Assembly (NCBI GenBank): GCA_951406725.2
Contig: OX597818.1
Location: 92,256,001 to 92,320,000, forward strand
Source: Octopus vulgaris
Taxonomy: Eukaryota
DNA: 64,000 nt
Direction: 5' to 3'
Positions 54,499 through 64,000 of this stretch are shown here, piece after piece (within the stretch, counting starts at the first letter, position 1; each line of letters opens with the position of its first letter). Both the position numbers and the translations under genes were made by a program. The notes under the pieces are model-generated. The model made no database searches. It was not told the DNA's origin and saw only the letters and a program-made list of their open reading frames with translations.

Positions 54499-56356
54499 TC
54501 GCTTTACTGAAGTCAAGGTATATGACGTCAGAGTTCGAACCTGTTCCCAAGGCTTTGAGTACATCTTCAATGTGGTGTAAGAGCTGTGTTAGACAGTCCC
54601 TGCCACAGCGAAAGCCATGTTGATTTGAATTTAGGAGTTTGTGGGTCTCCAGGAAGTCAGCTATCCTTGATCTTAACACTCTTTCAAACACTTTAATGAT
54701 GTGGGAGGTGAGTGAGATTGGGCGATAGTTGACTGCGAGGGATCTGTTTCCCTGTTTGAAAACCGGGATGACCGACTGGGATAGAAACTTATTCGGTATA
54801 TAACCTGCGTCTAATGAGTTTCTCCAGAGGTTGGTCAGAGGGACTGCCAGTTGATATCTACATTCCTTCAGGAGACTGGCGGGAAATCTATCAGGGCCTA
54901 CAGCGGAGTAATGTTTGACCTCATTTATTGCTGCTACGATGTCGGTGGCAGTGAAGGTTATGTCTGCGATTTTGTGTTGGGAGTCAGCTTCGTTCGTTTC
55001 CCTCACATCAATATCAGTGGGAACACTGAAGACAGAGCAATATTGTTTCTGCAGTATTTCTGCCATTTCTTTAGCATCGTGTTGGGGAATGCCGTTTTCA
55101 TCAATCAATGGCCCAATAGGTGAGACAGTGGTTCTATGCTTATTTGCATAAGAATAGAACACTTTTGGGTTCTGTTTGATGTTTTTGATTACCCATTGTT
55201 CCTCCACAGCTCTTTGATTTTCAATGGAGGTTTTCATGTTAGTCTGCAGATGAAGTTTTTCCAGCTCTAGTCTTTTCATTGTTGTTGAATGTGGATGTTG
55301 CGTGTGGGAATATTTTAATTGGTTGATTTTTTTGTTGAGTCTTTTGATGCGCCTGATGAGTGTTTTTTTCTTTTTAGGGAGCCGGTTTCTGTTTGTGTTA
55401 GTAGATTTCTTGGGAGCGTGTTTAGAGCATGTGTCGGTGACAATGGTTTCAAAGTGCTGCCACGCGGTCTCAATATGAGGGGAATTGAGAGTAAAAGACC
55501 AGTCGATGGAAGACAGATCCTTTCTGATTGTTCCCCAGTCCGCTTTGTGGAAATTTATGTTGTCAAATGGGTGCCATGGAGTGGGATTGGCTGGTTTGGT
55601 TTTTATACGTCGGGAATTAAGATTGCAGAGTACCATGTCGTGGTCTGAGAGGAGAGTTTTTTCGACTGAAATGCTGTGAACGTAGCTAGAGTGATTGGTC
55701 AGTACCAGATCCAAGATCGTTTTATTCTGTCTCGTTGGTTCAAGCACTAGCTGAGTCAGGAAATACTCATCCATCAGATTAAAGAGCAGTTCTGCTGCTG
55801 CCCTATCTGATGTAGAGCACTTGCCTAACTTCGGAGTATTTGTGGGCCAGTTCACATGAGGGAGGTTAAAATCACCCATCACTATTATGTTTCCGGAGTG
55901 GTACTTCCGAAGGAAGGACTTGACTTTGCTAAGGCACTCTTCAAAGTACTTTAGAGGTGCCTGGGGAGGCCTGTAAAGACCAACAATGGTTATGTCCTTG
56001 GCTTTGTTGTATACTGATACCGATTCACAGTAGCCATTGGAAAATGTGTCCTTGGCATCAAGTGAAAAGGAGTCATGGATAAAGATGGCTGTCCCTCCCT
56101 TATTTCGGTCTGTGCGATCTGCACGAACAATGGTGAAATCTTTTATTTTCACCTCTGCGTCCATATGGGTGTTGTTCAGGTGAGTCTCGGTAAGGATAAA
56201 GAAAGGGAAGCAATGTGCCATTTCGGCAAGCCAACTCTCTATATATGGGATCTTCCATTTTTGGGCAATAATTGATGGGTTGATGCCACGTACATTTAAC
56301 AGGAATGTCGAGGTAAGGGAAGTTGGTAATGGGTGAGTGGTCCTTGTGATTTGCAT
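54499..56356 (-). CDS. LINE ORF2 (APE endonuclease plus N-terminal part of RT), CR1/L2-type, 3'-truncated
   Basis: LNVRG, LTETHL, GGT, YRPP, MGDFN, LDLVL, SDH (APE); GPD, NYRPISLTS, QHGFR, DVIYLDFSKA (RT); then breaks into SINE sequence. Confidence 0.92.
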
Positions 56357-57567
56357 AGATGGTTGGTGATGGCTCGCTGGATCTCCTGGCTTAGGTCGGC
56401 CTTCATATTTTCCAGGTATGTCAGTAAAAAAGAGTTACTTGTTTGGTTTGCCACTTGGTCAGAGGATACATATTTCAAGTTGGCGTTATTTGGTGTTTTT
56501 TCCTGGTTCTGTCTACGTAGTTTGATTGTAGGAGGGGAAACGTGGTTGTATTTTGTTCTTGTTGTTGTCCTAGATTTCCTCTGTTCCTGTTCATATCTAT
56601 TCTGTGATCGTTTTGTGCCCTTCAGATGGTGGTTGTTGCATTCTGGGTTCAGGCACATCCTTTGTGAGACAGAAGTTTGGCACAGTTTAGGATGGAATAA
56701 GGTGCATCTATTGCCTCTTATGCATCCGTATTTAGGGTCAGAACCATAGATTCTGTATTTAGGACAGTATTTGGGGTGGAGGTGGGGGCAATTTTTTCCT
56801 GTTATACCGTATGGACAGGTGCCCATAGCAAGTCTACGACATAAGGTCGGGTGGGGAAAAGCACAGCGTCCATTTTTGTTTGTGCCGCTGGGGCCAAATC
56901 TACAAGTGTCTTTAGAATAGTAACGGCAGGGGGTTTTATTTGGTTGTAGTAGTGGTTTTTCTATTTTGGCAGTAGTAGTAGTGGTGGTGGTGGTGGTGGT
57001 GTTAGAAGCAGCTTGTTGATTTTGTGATGGTGGGTTCTGGCTTGCCAGTATGTGGTCAAATCTGCAGCTGCCTTGAGAGTAGTAGTGGCAGATGGTTTTA
57101 CGCGGATGTAGTAGTGGTTTTCCTATTGTGGCAGTAGTGGGGAGTTGTAGCAGCATTGGAACTTGACTAGTGGTAGTATTAGAGTGTTGTTGTTGTTGTT
57201 TTTGTTGCTGTAGCGAAGGTGAGACTTGACTTGGTTCATCAGGTGCTGTTGTCAATGGAAGTAGGTCAGTTGATTGTTGCTGTTGAAGTGACCACTGACC
57301 TGTTGGGATTTGGTCATTTGTTGTACTGGATTCGTTGGCAAGAATGGCTTTTAGTGTAGCCATGTGCGCGTGAAAAATAGGGAATATCCTAACAATTTCT
57401 TTTAATTTATTTTCTATCTGTTTTACAGATCTGTGAAAGGATTTTTTCGTTAAATCCTCAGTTATTTTGCTATAAACATTAGCTTCGTTGTGATGGATGA
57501 ACCAAGCGTTAATCATTGCAGTAATTTTATTTTCAACCCAGCGGCGTTTTTGAAAATTATTGGCCAT
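56296..57567 (-). CDS. LINE ORF1 with repeated CCCH-type zinc fingers and Q/T-rich linkers
   Basis: Open frame from MANNFQ; motifs CRYYSKDTCRFG...CAFPHP, CRRLAMGTCPYG...CPHLHP, CPKY...C...CTLFHP, CQTS...C...CNNHH; overlaps ORF2 by 61 nt. Confidence 0.8.
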   Translation of the reverse strand: MANNFQKRRWVENKITAMINAWFIHHNEANVYSKITEDLTKKSFHRSVKQIENKLKEIVRIFPIFHAHMATLKAILANESSTTNDQIPTGQWSLQQQQSTDLLPLTTAPDEPSQVSPSLQQQKQQQQHSNTTTSQVPMLLQLPTTATIGKPLLHPRKTICHYYSQGSCRFDHILASQNPPSQNQQAASNTTTTTTTTTTAKIEKPLLQPNKTPCRYYSKDTCRFGPSGTNKNGRCAFPHPTLCRRLAMGTCPYGITGKNCPHLHPKYCPKYRIYGSDPKYGCIRGNRCTLFHPKLCQTSVSQRMCLNPECNNHHLKGTKRSQNRYEQEQRKSRTTTRTKYNHVSPPTIKLRRQNQEKTPNNANLKYVSSDQVANQTSNSFLLTYLENMKADLSQEIQRAITNHLCKSQGPLTHYQLPLPRHSC

Positions 57568-58489
57568 ATTCAGTGGGGTAGTGTTGTCTAATATATATAT
57601 GTATGTATGTGTATGCGTGTGTATGTATGTGTACACCAGTTATTGATGGCTTGATGTAAAATAGTGAACACACTGTTGAAAAGTTTGTGTCGATATACTC
57701 GGTAAATAGTGAATACACCGTTGGAAAGTTTGTGTCGATATACTCGGAAATTCGTGGCTTGTGTGTGTGAGAGTTCAGTGTAATTAGTACAATCTAATTT
57801 AATTAGTACAATCGGGATGAGCGGTGTGTTTGATACAGACCAAGAAAAAAGAATTGTACTCACGGGACTAGTTTTAGAACTAGTCTTGGGTTTAGTATTT
57901 AGTTTTGGGTTGTTCCTCTTTCTTCAGGTTGTATATAGATTTGTATAAATTTATCCTCCGATGGTAGTAAAAGAGTAGTATAGTAGGATTGTAGAGTTCA
58001 AAAGTCTTGAGATTAAAGACAAGGAGAGATTATGTTAGCTTGAGTTGAGTTGAGTTGAGTTAAATTGAGTTGAAAAATGCTTCTTTGGTTAGTTACTGAC
58101 GGGAGCTATAGAAAGTACGTCTTGTCACGACGACTGCCTGACTGGCTACTATATATATATATATACATACACATCTATGCATACACAGTACATATTCACA
58201 AAAACCCATACAGACACCCACAGATACACTCAGACATGCACACACAAGGAGACAGCGGTAAACACACACACACACACACATGCAAACACACATAAAAACA
58301 CACAAACACCAATACACAAACACACAAACACATGAATATGCAAAATACATACATACAAACATAAACACATACATGAATACCTACATACATAGCGCCCACA
58401 CACACACATTCATACATGTATACACACACTTACATGCATGCATGCTTACATACATACATACATACATACGTACATACATACATACATAC

Positions 58490-58550
<61 letters not shown>

Positions 58551-58555
<5 letters not shown>

Positions 58556-59072
58556 TATTCTAATGACAAATATGCCGAAACAAAAAATTGTTGATAACCA
58601 TTATAATTTATGCGTCGAAACAAACCGATAGAAATCTCTAAAAATTCGTTATTACCGTATTGGTCCAATTTACCGTATTGGTCCAATATATTAATTATAA
58701 ATAGATTAGTGTTCACTCCCGGATTCTATCACTCTGTGAAAGTTTCTAGTTCGAATCACACGTGCCTCGAGGTGCGCTGAAGATTTTTCTATTTTGGATA
58801 TATTTGGGGTACTTAGGTCTGCTCAGGACTTAGTGCTTGCTTTTTCCATGGGTATAAGTAAGTATTTCATTTATATCTCGCGTATCTGCCGCTGAAGAGG
58901 GGAAAATTTCTTATGAATTAACCCCGAAATTGGACCAATACGGTAATAACGAATTTTTTAGAGATTTCTATCGGTTTGTTTCGAGACGCATAAATTATAA
59001 TAGTTATCAACAATTTTTTGTTTCGGCATATTTGGCATTAGAATTTTTTCTTCTGCCCTTATCTTGTAAACT
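58551..59072. mobile_element. (TA)n-embedded fold-back element with one HHR
   Basis: 58558-58669 is an inverted copy of about 58927-59045; (TA)n on both sides. Confidence 0.75.
58879..58951 (+). ncRNA. Type I hammerhead ribozyme (CUGAAGA, AUA site)
   Basis: cgtatctgccg CTGAAGA gggg...cccc GAAA ttggaccaa TA cggtaataacg; stems I, II and III all pair; predicted cleavage after 58940. Confidence 0.8.
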
Positions 59073-59075
59073 ATG

Positions 59076-59106
<31 letters not shown>

Positions 59107-59179
59107 ATATATATGTATGTATATATATATGTATGTATATATATATATGTATGTATATATATATGTATGTATATATATA

Positions 59180-59227
<48 letters not shown>

Positions 59228-59500
59228 CACGGAGTAGACGAAGCAGAGGCGGCTGAAGAAGGGGAATTTTCCTTGTGTTGTATGTCTTGTACTCTGTTTT
59301 TTCGTTGTTCAAAAAAATGTCCGTTTCCATGGTTTTGTTTTTATGTTTTCGTTTCTCATTGTGTTCGACGTTTGTTTGGTGTCGTGTACCCATATATACA
59401 TGTATATATATTATATAGATATAGGTACGTACATATATGTATGTACATATGCATATGTTTTATTTATTATGTTGTTATATATATATATATATATATATAT

Positions 59501-59866
59501 ATAATCAAAAATAAGCAACAAGAATGGATCCGGTAATGTAGTACAATTGTTTCATACTATAACATTTTATTAAAAGCTGTAAATATTACAGCAGATATAA
59601 TGTTACTAATTGATTTGAGAATTTTATATTATTGGAAAACCTATATGAAATTACCTGAAGATTACTTGACATATTATATCTGCTGTAATATTTACAGCTT
59701 TTAATAAAATGTTATAGTATGAAACAATTGTACTAAATTACCGGATCCATTCTTGTTGCTTATTTTTTATTATAATCACCCCGCATATTTTTATGGGTAA
59801 TACCATAAAAAATTCTGGTGCATCTAAATTAAGTACCATATTCATTTGAACCTAAATTGTTTGCTG

Positions 59867-59869
<3 letters not shown>
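59501..59869. mobile_element. (TA)n-embedded fold-back element with a degenerate HHR (59648-59740)
   Basis: About 59501-59603 is inverted relative to about 59668-59773; CTGAAGA(59655), long stem II, GAAA c aatt g TA; first pair of stem I is mismatched. Confidence 0.6.
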
Positions 59870-59937
<68 letters not shown>

Positions 59938-60631
59938 CATACATACATACATACATACATACATACATACATACATACATACATACATACATAACATACA
60001 TACATGTATGTTTATGCGTGTCTTTGCGTCTGTGTTTGTATCCCACCAACGCTGGGGAGTAGTTTTGAAAAAAAATAGTCGTCTTGCCTTTTGCAATTAG
60101 TCCTACTTAATTTGATTTGGTGTTGAATTCAATGTGTTTTATTTTAATCTCTTTATATTTCGCATCGTTTTTTCTGAACATTTTCTTGTATATGTTTCCT
60201 GTTATTTTAAAACCTAATAGTAAATATGTATTTCTTCAGAAATTATTTTCACAAGCACGGCATAACTATTTTGTTGCGGTTCAACATTCCTAAAATATTT
60301 ATTGTCAGATATTTCATATTTAGTATACAACATTAATGGAAATCAGGTTTATGAAAAGTGGGCATAAAATATTTACATAATAGAAATAACATATCACTGT
60401 AAAATTTATGATATAATATAGTTGTGAAGGAAATATCACCGTTGAGCAGTAAACACACCACTAAATGACCACAAATAAGAATTACATTTCTTAGTCAAGC
60501 AGTGGTATTATTCCTTTCTAACAGATTTACATTAAACAACTAATTTAAACTATATGTAGCTTAATACGTTTAAACGACCGTATATGACAATTGATAAGTA
60601 TTTCCTAATAATTAAAATTCTTACATTTCAG

Positions 60632-60658
60632 GTAGGCGTAATCCATTCAGATTTAATC
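60632..60658 (+). CDS. 27-nt microexon (xRRNPFRFN) of the ITIH-like gene
   Basis: ttacatttcag acceptor and C|gtaagt donor, phase 1-1, compatible with exon 8 or 9. Confidence 0.6.
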
Positions 60659-60779
60659 GTAAGTAGACTATTTTGTTGTTTCATTTCACTTTATGTATGT
60701 TTCTTTAGTTAAAATCTTAAACAGCCGATTTTTATTTCTATCAACAAACACGGCATGTGTCTCTACGTAAAAAAATTAA

Positions 60780-61487
60780 TATATTCGAAATACACATTAT
60801 CGAAACAGCGTATATTGTTACAAAGCCCGACGGCTTAGAAGGTATGATAAAAGATTCTAATTTTATTATCAAAGCAAAATATTCAAAACAGACGCGAAGA
60901 AATTTTATAGGCAAATTGGTAAAACGATGATAGATGTAAAGGAGACATTTAAAATTGAAGACCTGGAAGAGTTCTGGAAGAAGATAACAATGAAAAGTTT
61001 AATGCTAAAATTGACGGGATAGAACGTGAGAAGGGGGCCACAGGATGTAATTGAAAAGATAGGGTTAGCTCTTATAAAGTCTTATTAATGGAAAATCCCG
61101 CGACCTGACTTCTAGCTGAATTGTTTGGGAGATGTACACGAAAATTTCACTATATCTCTAATTATCATTCAGAATCCCGAGCAAATATCTACCAAAATCT
61201 CATGATACAAAATTCCTGAAGAATTACCGACAAATGACATGTCTCAATACCACTTACATGACTCCTAAATCTATAATAACTGAAAGAATGTACACTTTCC
61301 TTGCACAGAACGTTATCCTTCCACAAGCACAGAAAGACAGTAAAATAATTCTTATGGGTGCAAAGATCAATTACCATAAATAGAACGAGTTTAGAAAGTT
61401 GCCGCAGCAAAGTAAAATACTGTGTACGCCGAAGATAGACTACACGAAAGCATTTGATAGTGTCCCACATCGATGGATACTCGAAGT

Positions 61488-61524
<37 letters not shown>

Positions 61525-61940
61525 ACTTCGAGTATATATAAGATCTTTCTTGCCATCTCCAAAAATTTACGAAACAGCATGCCCAAATAGACCACGTCTT
61601 TTTCTTAACCATAGTAATGGAATAAGCCATTCAATAGCTTCAGTATCACGCGAGGCATCCATTAAAGTGACTCCATGTCCTCATTACTTCTCTGCATGGC
61701 ACTAGTCCCACTTTCAAACCAATTGAACAACATCGGAATGCCTACAAAAGTCTTAGGATAATAAACCATTTCTTTTTGCATGGACAATCTGAAACCGTTT
61801 GCAAGAGATAGACGGGCTGCGAATAAGTGTTAAAGAGTTTAACAATGATATCTGGATGGATTTTGGCCTTGAGAAGTTTGCTAAAGCAAATTTGGATTGG
61901 ACAGAAGCTCAGACAAACAACATCCATTAAATTAGACACT
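60780..61940 (+). pseudogene. Decayed Dong/R4-like RT remnant
   Basis: IDYTKAFDSVPHRWILEVL (about 61435-61490) and a GLEK-like segment; many stops. Confidence 0.6.
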
Positions 61941-62570
61941 AGCATCAACTTGGCCCACACGAAATGCATAAACACGTAGGTATAATGCAGAGTTGGCATC
62001 AATTTTTCTTGCGAATCTACAAGCTTCCTTGACAACAGAATATAATTGTTTTCTTGTTCGTACACAAGTCGCAGCATATAGACCTCTGCACTGCATAAAT
62101 ACATGTTCATTCCTATAGTGGAGTTTCCATAGCATAACAATCCTTTTCCTTCAGTACTTTTATGTTGGTAAAAACCGTCAACGTCTGCCTAAAGGCAGTG
62201 AATGTTAGAGATCAATCATTTTCTTGTCTTCTTGCCCTTGCGTTGGAGTCCCAGAGGCGAGCAATTAATGATATCGAACTGTACTCGACAACTGGATTTG
62301 ACTACGTATGTTCTAATATGTTTAAACAGTAATATACTTTTTTTAAACAGTAATATACTTTTTAAACAGTAATATACTCTTTTGAAAGCGTTTTATCGAA
62401 CGTTTTAAGTATATTAAGAAATTTAATAGTAATTCACTTTAGCAGATAATGACTTTATTTGGAGGAAAATATTAAATAATTTCCTTTGAGCGACTATAGA
62501 TAAACCAAAAAATGTATATCTTAATAGCTTCAAAACTTATATATACATCATTCTTCTCTATTTTTTTCAG

Positions 62571-62585
62571 TTCGTCCTTCACATG
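62571..62585 (+). CDS. 15-nt microexon copy 1 (xRPSH)
   Basis: ttttttttcag|TTCGTCCTTCACATG|gtatgt, phase 1-1. Confidence 0.6.
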
Positions 62586-62872
62586 GTATGTAACTATTTA
62601 AATATTTCCAATTGCATTTTCCAGTTTAAAACAGTCATTTTCTAGTTTAAAACATTAAGTTGAGGTCTTAAGTCACATTATTGAATTCATAAGATGCTGT
62701 GTATATATTTTCAGATTGATTTGATTGTAATTCACTTTAGCAGTTAATAATTTTATTTGGAGGAAAATATTAAATTATTTCCTTTGAACGACTATAGATA
62801 AACCAAAAAAATGTATATCATAATAGCTTCAGAATTTATATGTACATCATTCTTCTCTATTTTCTTTTTCAG

Positions 62873-62887
62873 TTCGTCCTTCACAAG
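62873..62887 (+). CDS. 15-nt microexon copy 2 (VRPSQ)
   Basis: ctttttcag|TTCGTCCTTCACAAG|gtatgt, phase 1-1. Confidence 0.6.
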
Positions 62888-63168
62888 GTATGTAACTATT
62901 TCCAATTGCATTTTCCAGTTTAAAACAGTCATTTTCTAGTTTAAAACATTAATTTGAAGTCTTAATTCACATTATTGAATTCATAAGATACTGTGTATAT
63001 ACTTTCAGATTGATTTGATAGTAATTCACTTTAGCAGTTAATAATTTTATTTGGAGGAAAATATTAAATTATTTCCTTTGAATGAATATAGATAAACCAA
63101 AAAAATGTATATCATAATAGCTTCAGAATTTATATGTACATCATTCTTCTCTATTTTTTGGGTTTTAG

Positions 63169-63183
63169 TTCGTCCTTCAAAGG
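63169..63183 (+). CDS. 15-nt microexon copy 3 (VRPSK)
   Basis: ggttttag|TTCGTCCTTCAAAGG|gtatgt, phase 1-1. Confidence 0.55.
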
Positions 63184-63389
63184 GTATGTAACTATTTATA
63201 TATTTCCAATGGATTTTTCTCGTTTAAATCAGTTATTTTCTAGTTTAAAACATTAATTTTAGATTTTAATTCATATTATTGAATTCATAAGATGCTGTGT
63301 ATATATTTTCAGATTGATTTTATTATATTAACAATCTGAAAATATGGATAACTAATAATATAACATAAACACAAAAGATCATACACGTA

Positions 63390-63900
63390 CAGGGTGTTCG
63401 GACTAAATTTAACAGTTTGGATACAAGGAAGAGAAAATACAATATTCCATACTGAATTAGAAGGATTTTTAAATAACTAAACTTATCAACAAGATGGCTA
63501 GCAAATGGGTGTTTACTGAAAGGAGCCGTCCTCAGCTCCCATCTAAGCCTCACAACGGATCCGGAACCTGGTTCATGCGTTCCTCACTGTGTTCCTGAGA
63601 AGATTTTTGAACACCTTCGTCTTGACACCCAGCCTGGCCTCTGTGTTGAAAGCAGAGTAGATAGTTATCTTTCTCACCTGCTTCCATACACGGTAATCCA
63701 TTTGATTAAAATCGGAGAATCAGGATGCCCGAAACTGGGGTTGGTGTAGCCATAAGAATTCTCCGACAGCCATTTCTGATTCTTTCCAGTATTATAACAA
63801 AGAGCTAAATCCTGCAGCTACACACATGGCCTTCACGCAGCAGCCCTATACAGTCAGGGGTTGACTGCTTCACATAGTCGTCTGAACTGAGATTAAGGGG
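63390..63900 (-). mobile_element. Degraded Tc1/mariner-like relic
   Basis: ta-cagggtgt TIR-like end; decayed transposase-like sequence on minus strand. Confidence 0.4.
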
Positions 63901-64000
63901 TCTATTTAAAATTGTAGCAATCAACCCATGCGTGCGAACGCAGTCGTAAGTGACCATTCATGAATGTCACAATTTTGTAAACTCCGATGCAACTGTCCAG

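Larger units (their letters stand above)
54499..58145 (-). mobile_element. Non-LTR retrotransposon antisense in an ITIH intron, including putative 5' UTR
   Basis: ORF1 plus ORF2; upstream region has (AACTC)n and a ~35-bp duplication; 5' boundary approximate. Confidence 0.8.
62429..63320 (+). repeat. Three tandem ~296-bp units, each carrying one microexon
   Basis: Units start at gtaattcactttagcag at 62429, 62727 and 63021. Confidence 0.92.

Noticed and set aside
59246-59270. CTGAAGA followed by a hairpin; also CTGATGA on the minus strand near 33762
   Set aside because: No downstream GAAA/UH half of the core

Overview
AT-rich, microsatellite- and SINE-dense eukaryotic DNA; the repeat landscape suggests a coleoid cephalopod such as Octopus (inference). 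One host gene is present on the + strand: an inter-alpha-trypsin inhibitor heavy chain (ITIH)-like gene (signal peptide, VIT domain, vWA domain with intact MIDAS). I assembled it by hand from 8 phase-compatible GT-AG exons (27684-50337). It is followed by a candidate His/Arg-rich exon, a 27-nt microexon and three tandemly duplicated 15-nt microexons. The main discovery is a set of (TA)n-embedded, fold-back, partly tandem non-coding elements carrying type I hammerhead ribozyme (HHR) motifs with palindromic stem III: a 360-bp array with 8 HHRs (19744-22672), a 559-bp array with 3 HHRs in ITIH intron 1 (31441-33038), and two single-unit elements (58551-59072; 59501-59869, degenerate). They resemble non-LTR retrozymes or Penelope pseudo-LTR derivatives, and Penelope RT and GIY-YIG relics lie in the same window. 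Also present: a 5'-intact, 3'-truncated CR1/L2-type LINE with a CCCH zinc-finger ORF1, a Merlin transposon relic with long inverted arms, mariner non-autonomous elements, Dong/R4 fragments in (TAA)n, a 162-bp satellite and many tRNA-derived SINEs. Most ORF-track entries are microsatellite or SINE noise. Repeat boundaries were read by eye and are approximate.
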